Assembly (NCBI GenBank): GCA_963675665.1
Contig: OY776510.1
Location: forward strand, 4,704,001-4,768,000
From: Spirochaetia bacterium
Lineage (GTDB): Bacteria > Spirochaetota > Spirochaetia > UBA9216
Direction: 5' to 3'
Length of the DNA stretch: 64,000 bases
Each line of letters starts with the position of its first letter. Position 1 is the stretch's first letter. The position numbers and the translations under genes were made by a program. Shown here one piece after another: positions 56,598 to 64,000 of this stretch. Under the pieces are notes generated by a model. It was given only the letters and a program-made list of their open reading frames with translations. It ran no database searches and had not been told where the DNA came from.

Positions 56598-58109
56598 ACC
56601 GGGGCCTCCGATTCATTTCTGTGACCCGTTGCAGCCCTGATTATTTTGTCCGAATCAGCCTCATCGCGGCTGAACTCGGCAGTCATCTCGCCTTCATGCA
56701 TTACGATAATTCTGTCCGACATTCCAAGTATTTCCGGCAGCTCAGACGAAACCATAACAACAGCCAGTCCCTGTGACGCCAGATCGGAAACGAATTTGTG
56801 TACTGCCGCCTTGGTTGCAACATCAATACCCTTTGTCGGTTCATCAAGAATCAAAACTTCCGGTTTGGTAGCAAGCCATTTGGCAAGAACAACCTTCTGC
56901 TGATTTCCTCCGGAAAGAGTATCGGCATCTACGTTCCAGCCTGCGGCTTTTATCTCCATCATGCTTCCGTATTCTACGCTGACTTCTTTTTCAAGTTTTG
57001 AATTAATAACACCGCCGGCGCTCAGATTGTTAATCTGCGGAAGCGTGATATTCCTGGCTATGCTCATCTCAAGAATAACGCCCTGATTCTGACGATCTTC
57101 AGGCACATAGGCAATTTGCTCTTTCATGGCATCGCCTGCAAAACGGGGCTTGTAATTTTTTCCGCGAAGAGTGATCTTCCCGGAAGTAATTTTATCTATT
57201 CCGAATATTGCCCGCATAACCTCGGTACGACCGGCGCCTACCAGTCCGAAAAACCCGAGTATTTCACCTTTTCGAAGATTAAACGATATATCCTTAAAAA
57301 CCCCGTCGCTGCCGAGGTTCTCGACTTTCAGAATTTCTTCGCCGAACCCGGCGTTACTTTTCGGGTACATCTGGTCAAGGCTTCGACCGACCATCATTGT
57401 TACTATATCGTCAATACTGTGATCAGCAACTTTACCTTCTCCGATATATTTGCCGTCGCGCAGAACGGTAAAATAATCGCAAATTTCAAATATCTCTTCA
57501 AATTTATGCGATATGAAAATTATAGCTTTGCCGTCCTTTCTCAGCTGCCTGACGATCTTGTAAAGGTCCTCAACTTCTCTAAGCGTAAGCGCCGATGTGG
57601 GCTCATCCATAATAACAACATCAGCATCTATGGAGAGGGCCTTCGCAATTTCGACCATATGTCTCTGTGCCGTACCCAGATTCTTGACCAGCGTATCCGG
57701 ATTTATATCCAGCTCCATTCTTTTGAGCAGAGCGGCGGTTTTTTTTTCTCATCTGCCTCCAGCTGAGCGCGCCGATTTTCCCGCTTTTAAGATGATGTCC
57801 CATGTATATATTTTCAGTAACGCTGAGTTCAGGAAACATTGACGCTTCCTGATGGATTGCGGTTATTCCGGCATCCTGTGCTTCTGTTGCGGTTCTGAAA
57901 CTTGATTCCTGGTCTTTATAAATTATCCTTCCCGAAGTGGGAGGATGGACACCGGTAAGTATCTTTACCAGCGTCGATTTACCGGCGCCGTTCTCTCCGA
58001 TAAGCGCATGAACCTCGCCGGGTCTTATATTCAGATGCACACCGTCAAGGGCCTTAATTCCCGGAAAGAACTTTGTTATATTTTCCAGTTTAAGTACCGT
58101 ATCGCTCAA
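56594..58109 (-). pseudogene. rhaT: Rhamnose ABC ATPase split by one extra A in an A9 tract (57739-57747)
   Basis: GENGAGKST in ORF 57621-58109; DEPT and LSGGNQQK in ORF 56594-57718; A8 restores ...MRKKTAALLKRMELD... Confidence 0.85.
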
Positions 58110-58130
58110 CTTTAACTCCTTAAAAAACTG

Positions 58131-58235
58131 AAGAAAAACAGATTACTGTTTTTCTTTAAAGGCATTTTATAAATATATAATTTATAAAATGCCTATGCTT
58201 GTAAAGAAAGAAGCAGATTCCCAAAGGAATCTGCT
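58131..58235. repeat. Three perfect inverted repeats between rhaS and rhaT
   Basis: 11 bp (58131-58156), 15 bp (58160-58194), 10 bp (58212-58235; followed by UCUUUCUUU on the minus strand). Confidence 0.8.
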
Positions 58236-58255
58236 GTTATTACACGAAAAGACTA

Positions 58256-59272
58256 TTAGAACATTGCCGCAAACTTGGCAATATTACCCTTGTTGAATAC
58301 AAACGGTTCGCCCATTACAGTCACGCCGTTTTCTCCGATTGTGATATCACCCATTCTGCCGGCAGCAATTGTATCGCCCGTATTTCCTTCAACCTTTCCG
58401 GTACACAGAGCTTCGAGAATAAAAGTTGATGTATAACCGAGATCGATCGGGTTCCAGAGGGCCATCTGCCCGCATGTTCCGTTTTCTACGTAATGCTGCA
58501 TTTCGGAAGGAAGCCCAAGTCCTGTAAGCTGAACAACTCCCTGTTTGCCTTCGTCTTCGATTGCTTTTGCAGAAGCAAGGACACCTACCGTAGTCGGAGA
58601 AATAATTCCGGCGAGATCGGGATATTTCTGCATAAGAGCGACAGCTTCCCTGTAACTTTTGTCTGCAGCATCATCGCCGTAAACAACTTCTACAAGTTTC
58701 ATGTCTTTATATTCGGGTTTCTTGATTTCTTCATACATCCACTCAATCCATGCATTCTGGTTTGTTGCCTGAGAAGTTGCCGAAACAATTCCAACCTGTC
58801 CTTTATAATCACAGAGCTCGGCAATCAGTTTCACCTGCTGACGTCCTATGAGTTCTGTTTCGGAAGGTACGAGATCGGCAATTCTGCCGCCCTGTGAAAT
58901 TCCGGAGTCAAAAGAAATGACCTTAATGCCGGCTTTCATTGCTTTTTTGGTAACTGGAATAAGAGCATCAGCATCATTAGCTGAAATTGCAATTCCGTCT
59001 ACCTTCTGGGCAATAAGGGTTTCAATTATTTCAATCTGTCCTTCGGCCGTTGCCGAACTCGGCCCCATGTAAATGGATTCTACATTGCCCAGTTCTTTTG
59101 CGGCTTCTTTTCCGCCGTCCGCACATGCTTCAAAAAATCCGTTACCCAGACTTTTAACGAGAAGAACCAGCTTAAGCTGATCAGCCCCGGCTGCAGATTC
59201 CTTCTGTCCGCCTGCAAAAACCATTCCGCCGGCGAGCACCATAGCCATCATTAAAATTAGCAGCTTCTTCAT
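58256..59272 (-). CDS. rhaS: Rhamnose ABC substrate-binding protein (rhizobial RhaS type, not the enteric regulator)
   Basis: VKSLGNGFF, TAEGQI, SANDADAL, SFDSG, NQNAW, PTTVG, LWNP.DLG. Confidence 0.88.
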   Translation of the reverse strand: MKKLLILMMAMVLAGGMVFAGGQKESAAGADQLKLVLLVKSLGNGFFEACADGGKEAAKELGNVESIYMGPSSATAEGQIEIIETLIAQKVDGIAISANDADALIPVTKKAMKAGIKVISFDSGISQGGRIADLVPSETELIGRQQVKLIAELCDYKGQVGIVSATSQATNQNAWIEWMYEEIKKPEYKDMKLVEVVYGDDAADKSYREAVALMQKYPDLAGIISPTTVGVLASAKAIEDEGKQGVVQLTGLGLPSEMQHYVENGTCGQMALWNPIDLGYTSTFILEALCTGKVEGNTGDTIAAGRMGDITIGENGVTVMGEPFVFNKGNIAKFAAMF

Positions 59273-59312
59273 AAAAACTCTCCTTTTTTATGTCAGATTT
59301 AAATTCTGATTA

Positions 59313-59377
59313 ATTCTAACCCCTTCTGTCGGATAAGTGTTAGGACGCTGATCTACAAAAAAGGATCATTTTCTACA
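59313..59377 (-). promoter_or_regulatory. Activator-dependent promoter of the rhamnose transporter: tandem direct repeats next to -35, with TAGAAT -10
   Basis: TGTAGA-N6-TCCT twice with a 20-bp period (59342-59377); -10 at 59313-59318; poor -35. Confidence 0.6.
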
Positions 59378-59381
59378 GTTT

Positions 59382-60524
59382 TCAGCTGTTTTTGCTGATA
59401 TAATCGGTCGGCGTCATACCATAGCGTTCCCGGAAAAGACGGGTAAAATGCCTGCTTGACATATAGCCGAGCCCCGATGCCGCCTCTTTGACTGTTATAC
59501 CGGGGGTCTTCAATAACTGAAGAGCTTCATTAAGCCTTATATCGGTGATGAATTTTGTAAATGAGACCTGCTTGTATCGTTTGAAAAGGGAACTTAGATA
59601 ATTCGGAGTTACATTCAGTTTATCAGCTATCTGGGCAACCCCGACAGGCTCGGTGTACTGTTGCAGAACCAGTTCTTCAGCCCTTCTTACTATAATTGAG
59701 GACCTGGCCGGGCTTTCATCACCCATTCGGCGATTATCGATTTCTTTCAGTTCGGGTGCTGTTTCAATATACCTTAAAAGCTCAGGAAGGGTCTGTACGG
59801 TCGGAGTTGCAATCTCTTTTACAGAATTCATATCCGCTTCAGGAACAACAATTTCAAGTTCTTTCAGCAGGTCTTCCGGGCTGCTTCCCGCAGCTATTAT
59901 TGCAGGATACCCGTCCAGAACATTGAAAGCCCCTGCATAGTCATGCGGGGGGTTCTGATCCAGTCTTTCTCTCAACTTATAAACAAACCTTCGCAGCATT
60001 TCAACCGAAAAACCTGCCTCTGAATCTCCCGGGATAAAAATCAGGGCTGCATAATTCTCCATCTGCTGCAGAAACTGATCGAATTCAACTGCAGAGGAAT
60101 TGTTTATTACGCCGCCGACCCGGTATTCAAATTTTTCGCGTTTAATTCTTCCGGCATCCTGTCTTTTTTCCGTCGCCTTAAAAAGTGCCTCTTCAACCTC
60201 CGACTCGGTGGCCGGTTTCAGAAGATAATCAACAGCTCCCAGACTCAAAGCTTTTCTGGCATATTTAAAATCGGAATGTCCGCTCAGAATTATCCAGCTT
60301 GTATCTGGAAAATCATCCGCCAGCGTCTCAATAGCATCAAGCCCGCTTATTCCGGGCATTTTTATATCTACAAAACAGATGTCCGGTTTTACTTCTATCG
60401 CTTTTTCAATGAGAGTCCTGCCGTTAACTGCCTCAAAAACCTCATCTGCCTGTGCAATATTTCGAAGGATAGAAGTCAGCCCAACCCGGACAAGCTCTTC
60501 ATCATCTGCAATCAGAATCTTCAT
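59382..60524 (-). CDS. Response regulator with AraC HTH (YesN type)
   Basis: ADDE, DIKMP, LKP receiver motifs; PNYLS.LFK, GY.S..HF.RLF AraC motifs. Confidence 0.92.
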   Translation of the reverse strand: MKILIADDEELVRVGLTSILRNIAQADEVFEAVNGRTLIEKAIEVKPDICFVDIKMPGISGLDAIETLADDFPDTSWIILSGHSDFKYARKALSLGAVDYLLKPATESEVEEALFKATEKRQDAGRIKREKFEYRVGGVINNSSAVEFDQFLQQMENYAALIFIPGDSEAGFSVEMLRRFVYKLRERLDQNPPHDYAGAFNVLDGYPAIIAAGSSPEDLLKELEIVVPEADMNSVKEIATPTVQTLPELLRYIETAPELKEIDNRRMGDESPARSSIIVRRAEELVLQQYTEPVGVAQIADKLNVTPNYLSSLFKRYKQVSFTKFITDIRLNEALQLLKTPGITVKEAASGLGYMSSRHFTRLFRERYGMTPTDYISKNS

Positions 60525-62434
60525 ATCTTCAATTCCACCTTTGTGCCTTTGCCCGGTTCACTGTCAATAAGGAAAATGCTGTTGGGAAACGCAATCTGCA
60601 TACGCTGTCTGACATTCAGCAGACCGATATTTGATTTTTTTTCAATATCGGAGACATCAAACCCGCAACCGTTATCCAGGATAGTTATATCCGTCCCTTT
60701 TTCACCGAGACGTCTGATTTCAACTGCAGTTATTGTCAGATTTCCGCCTTCTTCAAGAGGTTCAATACCGTGAATTACAGCATTCTCGACCAGAGGCTGA
60801 AGAAGAAGCCTCGGGATCCGAAGGTTTTTTATACCTTCTTCCAGCTCAAAACTGAACTTCAGCCGTTCTCCGAAACGTATTTTCTGCAGCATCAGATACC
60901 TGTTAAGAAATTCAAACTCTTCTTCAACTGAAGTCCAGTTATTTCCGGATTGAATATACCTCAGCATATTTTTCAGGGCTTCAACCGTCAGTTTGATGCC
61001 GTCCGAATCGCCTTTACTGTTTAGTCCCAGTATCCCGCTCATTACATTATAGATAAAATGGGGCTGAACCTGGGAACTCAGGGCCTGATACTGAGCTTCA
61101 CGCTTTTCAATTAGTTCGTTATATTTGAGAAAATTATCGATGGAAAGTGAAGCGTATTCTGCAAAAGTCTGCAGGCGGGTAATTCCGAGATCAGAAAAAT
61201 ACTCTCCGGGACGGGTTTTAAGGGCGATAAGTATACCGAAAACCTTGCCTTCAATACTCAGAGGCACAACAAGCATCGATATTACAGATTGAAGTTTTTC
61301 AAAAGTCAGCAATGCAGCATCGGAAATACTTCCCGAATTATACTGAATAACCGAGTTGGGACGAACTATACGGTTGCTGAAATACTGCAGAAGGATCTCC
61401 CGGTCATGCTCTCCCGGAGAACTCCCGTTTTCAGCCTCCAGTCTTGCAGTACCGTCTCTCTCAAATCTGAAAATCAACGATGCATCCGCCGCAGTGTCCT
61501 GCACAACAGCCTGTACAACAAGATGCAAAAGACTCCCCAGTTCAGAACCTTCGGTAATAAACGATCCGATATCACGGGTCAGGTTTAGTATGCTGTCTAC
61601 ATTCTTTTTAAGATCATTCACAAGGGTTGTAAAAGTATTGGAAAAATCTCCAAACTCATCGTGAGAACTTATTTCCATTCGAACCGAGAAATTACCCAAT
61701 GATACCTGTCTGAATGTATTCTCAACCTTAACAAGCTTCCGTCCCAGGTCCCTGGAAATATACAGAGTAAGAAGCAGAGTCAGAAGCACAACGGCGCCGG
61801 CTGATATAATAAAAAAAGCTACAATCCGCTTTTTGAGTTTCTCGCCTTCTTCATTAAGAGACTTTATAAAATAATTCATGAAGCTTTCGAAACTGTTCGT
61901 AAAATAATAGGAAGTTTCCTGGACCTGTCTGAAGAAGGGAGTAATCGTATCATCCTTCTGCATTGTGTTATACAGATTATCCACAGTACGGTACTGCTCG
62001 CGCAGGTAGATGAGCGTTTCTTCCATATTATCAAGCATTTCCATCGCCTTGTCGTTCATCATGAGGGCGGTGAAATACTGGTCGCGAAGATGTTCGTCCC
62101 GGGATTTTACAAAATTGGAGATACTCATGAAATCTGAAAATGTCTTTTTATACTGCAGAACAGCTTCTTTCCACTGCGAAAGGGTCACCGCTGAACGCGG
62201 TGAATATGTAAGTGATCGTATCTGCCCGTACATTTTCGGAGTAAAAAGATCAAAAATCATATCCTTCATCAGGCTTTTAACTTCACGGGAATCTTTCTGC
62301 AGCTGGACACCCAGGTTTATTGACTGCTGGAGCTGTGAGTTGCGGTTCCAGCTGTAAACGGAAATAACGGCAAAAAAGGAAATTCCTGCAATATAAATAA
62401 ACATTAAAAAAGCAAGTTTATAGCGTATTTTCAT
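60521..62434 (-). CDS. Sensor histidine kinase (YesM/LytS type) with HAMP and GAF domains
   Basis: QVQPHF.YN, LQPLVENAVIHG, DNGCG, GKGT; GAF-like segment (LVVPL...GIL). Confidence 0.9.
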   Translation of the reverse strand: MKIRYKLAFLMFIYIAGISFFAVISVYSWNRNSQLQQSINLGVQLQKDSREVKSLMKDMIFDLFTPKMYGQIRSLTYSPRSAVTLSQWKEAVLQYKKTFSDFMSISNFVKSRDEHLRDQYFTALMMNDKAMEMLDNMEETLIYLREQYRTVDNLYNTMQKDDTITPFFRQVQETSYYFTNSFESFMNYFIKSLNEEGEKLKKRIVAFFIISAGAVVLLTLLLTLYISRDLGRKLVKVENTFRQVSLGNFSVRMEISSHDEFGDFSNTFTTLVNDLKKNVDSILNLTRDIGSFITEGSELGSLLHLVVQAVVQDTAADASLIFRFERDGTARLEAENGSSPGEHDREILLQYFSNRIVRPNSVIQYNSGSISDAALLTFEKLQSVISMLVVPLSIEGKVFGILIALKTRPGEYFSDLGITRLQTFAEYASLSIDNFLKYNELIEKREAQYQALSSQVQPHFIYNVMSGILGLNSKGDSDGIKLTVEALKNMLRYIQSGNNWTSVEEEFEFLNRYLMLQKIRFGERLKFSFELEEGIKNLRIPRLLLQPLVENAVIHGIEPLEEGGNLTITAVEIRRLGEKGTDITILDNGCGFDVSDIEKKSNIGLLNVRQRMQIAFPNSIFLIDSEPGKGTKVELKI

Positions 62435-63660
62435 ATTCCCGGCACCGTTACGCTTGCATCAGGCATTATAACAATACGGTTGCCGGCTTCAATCAGTTCG
62501 TCCAGCAGTTTCTGCAGATCAGCGACAGGTTCGATAAAAATAGACTCAAGCACTTCCGGTTCCAGCCCGGTATAGGCCATCAATCTGATTTGCGCACTTA
62601 ATTCAGCAAGCCTGGCAGCTTTGTGGTATCCGAGCCTGTAACCCTTATTGATTTTGCTGAATACTGCTTCAGGTTTATCGCAAGACGACAGCAATCTGCT
62701 GAAAGTATCGTCGCCTACCCCGTCGCGGCAGGCTGACACGAGCACAAGCGTACCGCCTGGTTTCAACGCCAGGCCGGCGTTCTCAATTGCTTTCTGCGAC
62801 TGGTATAAATCGATATCCATGGGATATTTTGCACAGGCAATCACAACATCGGCCTTGCGTTCAATTGGAACTGCAAAGACTTCCGAAGCCTTCTCAACTG
62901 CGCTGCTGAAGGCTTCATTTAACCCGCCGGCTGCAACCGAATAAATCTGCTGCCTGCGATCAAGAACAGTCATTATCGAAAAAATATTTTTGCCGACCAT
63001 TCGGCAGGCTTCAAGCATATCTTCATGTACAGGGTTGCCTGAAAGCGCAAGGGTTCTGGCGCCCGGCAACAACGCAAGCCTGTGGTTTTGTTCAATCGTA
63101 CTGAACGCCGCCACACCCGGAAGCAACCCCTTTCGGCCTCCGGTAAAACCTGCAAAATAATGAGGTTCGACCGAGCCGATTATCAGTATCCGGTCTGCCT
63201 GCTTTATCTTCGCGTTCAGCAGAACTTCAGTGCCGAGTGCGGTTGTTCCCAGCATAAACATCTCGTCGGTTCTGGCGTCATGGACCGAGATTCTTCCTCG
63301 AAACCTTTCGAGTGTACTGCCGAATATAAAACCGAGTTCTTCTTCAGCAGGGGCACGGTGAGCACCGGTTGCAATAATAAACTCTGCAGCGGAAGCCTGA
63401 AGCAAGTCAGAAACAGTTTCCAAAATCAAAGCTGTCGGGGTAGGACGGGTAGCATCATTAACTATAACAATAAGACGGCCTTCCGCCGACAGGAAATTCT
63501 GAAAAGAACCGCTGCCCGACGGATTTTCCAATGCTTCAAGAACAGCCTGAACCGCATCGATATGTCCTGAAACTTCGTTCGGTTCGATAAAAGCTTCGAT
63601 TCCGGATTCAGGGAGGTCAACATCGATGCTTTCTTTTCCGTACGGCAGCCTGATTTTCAT
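62431..63660 (-). CDS. larA: Nickel-pincer-dependent lactate racemase family protein
   Basis: NDATRPTP, ATGAH, HD, EPHYFAGFTGGRK, GNPVH.D, DLYQSQKA. Confidence 0.85.
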   Translation of the reverse strand: MKIRLPYGKESIDVDLPESGIEAFIEPNEVSGHIDAVQAVLEALENPSGSGSFQNFLSAEGRLIVIVNDATRPTPTALILETVSDLLQASAAEFIIATGAHRAPAEEELGFIFGSTLERFRGRISVHDARTDEMFMLGTTALGTEVLLNAKIKQADRILIIGSVEPHYFAGFTGGRKGLLPGVAAFSTIEQNHRLALLPGARTLALSGNPVHEDMLEACRMVGKNIFSIMTVLDRRQQIYSVAAGGLNEAFSSAVEKASEVFAVPIERKADVVIACAKYPMDIDLYQSQKAIENAGLALKPGGTLVLVSACRDGVGDDTFSRLLSSCDKPEAVFSKINKGYRLGYHKAARLAELSAQIRLMAYTGLEPEVLESIFIEPVADLQKLLDELIEAGNRIVIMPDASVTVPGI

Positions 63661-63664
63661 TCTT

Positions 63665-64000
63665 CTATTTACCGACTTTGGCCCGGTAATGCTCAACCTC
63701 CCAATCCCGGATAAAAACAATAAGCTCTTCAGTCATCGGCTGTGCTCCTCCGAAAGACTCGCTGTAAACAGCTATTTTGACCGTATCGATCATCAACGCC
63801 AGAGCAGACGCGGATTTTTCCCCGGTATCTCCGACAGTAAACAGCCCGACGCCTTTTACAAAAACGGCCTGCGGCTCGCGTTTCCATTTTACGTTATATC
63901 CGGCTACAGCCTCTGTCAAGTCATTTATTCTGTCGATCCGAAGCGGCCCGGGACCTGCATACACAATCTGATCCGGATTGAAAGGAAGCCTGACAGGCTC
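63665..64000 (-). CDS. C-terminal part of a class II aldolase/adducin-family protein (probably rhamnulose-1-P aldolase-like); runs off window
   Basis: Frame open to the window edge; PDQIVY.G, G.GLF, FI.DWEVE.YR; rhamnose-cluster context. Confidence 0.65.
   Translation of the reverse strand, partial: EPVRLPFNPDQIVYAGPGPLRIDRINDLTEAVAGYNVKWKREPQAVFVKGVGLFTVGDTGEKSASALALMIDTVKIAVYSESFGGAQPMTEELIVFIRDWEVEHYRAKVGK

Noticed and set aside
57739-57747. Programmed -1 ribosomal frameshift at A_AAA_AAC in rhaT
   Set aside because: Restoring the frame needs loss of one base (+1), not -1.

Overview
This 64-kb window is gene-dense chromosomal DNA, most likely from a free-living, probably saline-adapted spirochaete. 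That is an inference from the 'FANG/FAGG'-type binding-protein signal peptides, spirochaete-like lipoproteins, a PEGA protein, Mrp and GpgS. Contents: the start of an mrp antiporter operon; a ROK-regulated alpha-galactoside cluster (mglBAC, aldose epimerase, GH4 melA); many housekeeping genes (surE, radC, moaE, pepF, gpsA, pfkA, lplA, fadD, gpgS); two LarA-family proteins; GGDEF and adenylate-cyclase signalling genes; orphan lipoproteins; a livKHMGF operon; and a rhamnose uptake cluster whose ATPase gene is frameshifted in an A9 tract. I found no rRNA, tRNA, CRISPR array or mobile element. The top finding is an unannotated, apparently leaderless 26-aa Ala-rich leader peptide (six consecutive Ala codons). 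It sits in a complete his-type six-segment terminator/antiterminator cascade upstream of an AlaA-like aminotransferase, i.e. a putative alanine-sensing ribosome-dependent attenuator. Also notable: a 30.2-30.5 kb intergenic locus with convergent SD/GGA-rich and anti-SD-rich candidate sRNAs, many genes with promoters placed for leaderless translation, and a catalytically degenerate M20 protein coupled to gpgS. All RNA structures and promoters were identified by eye, not computed.
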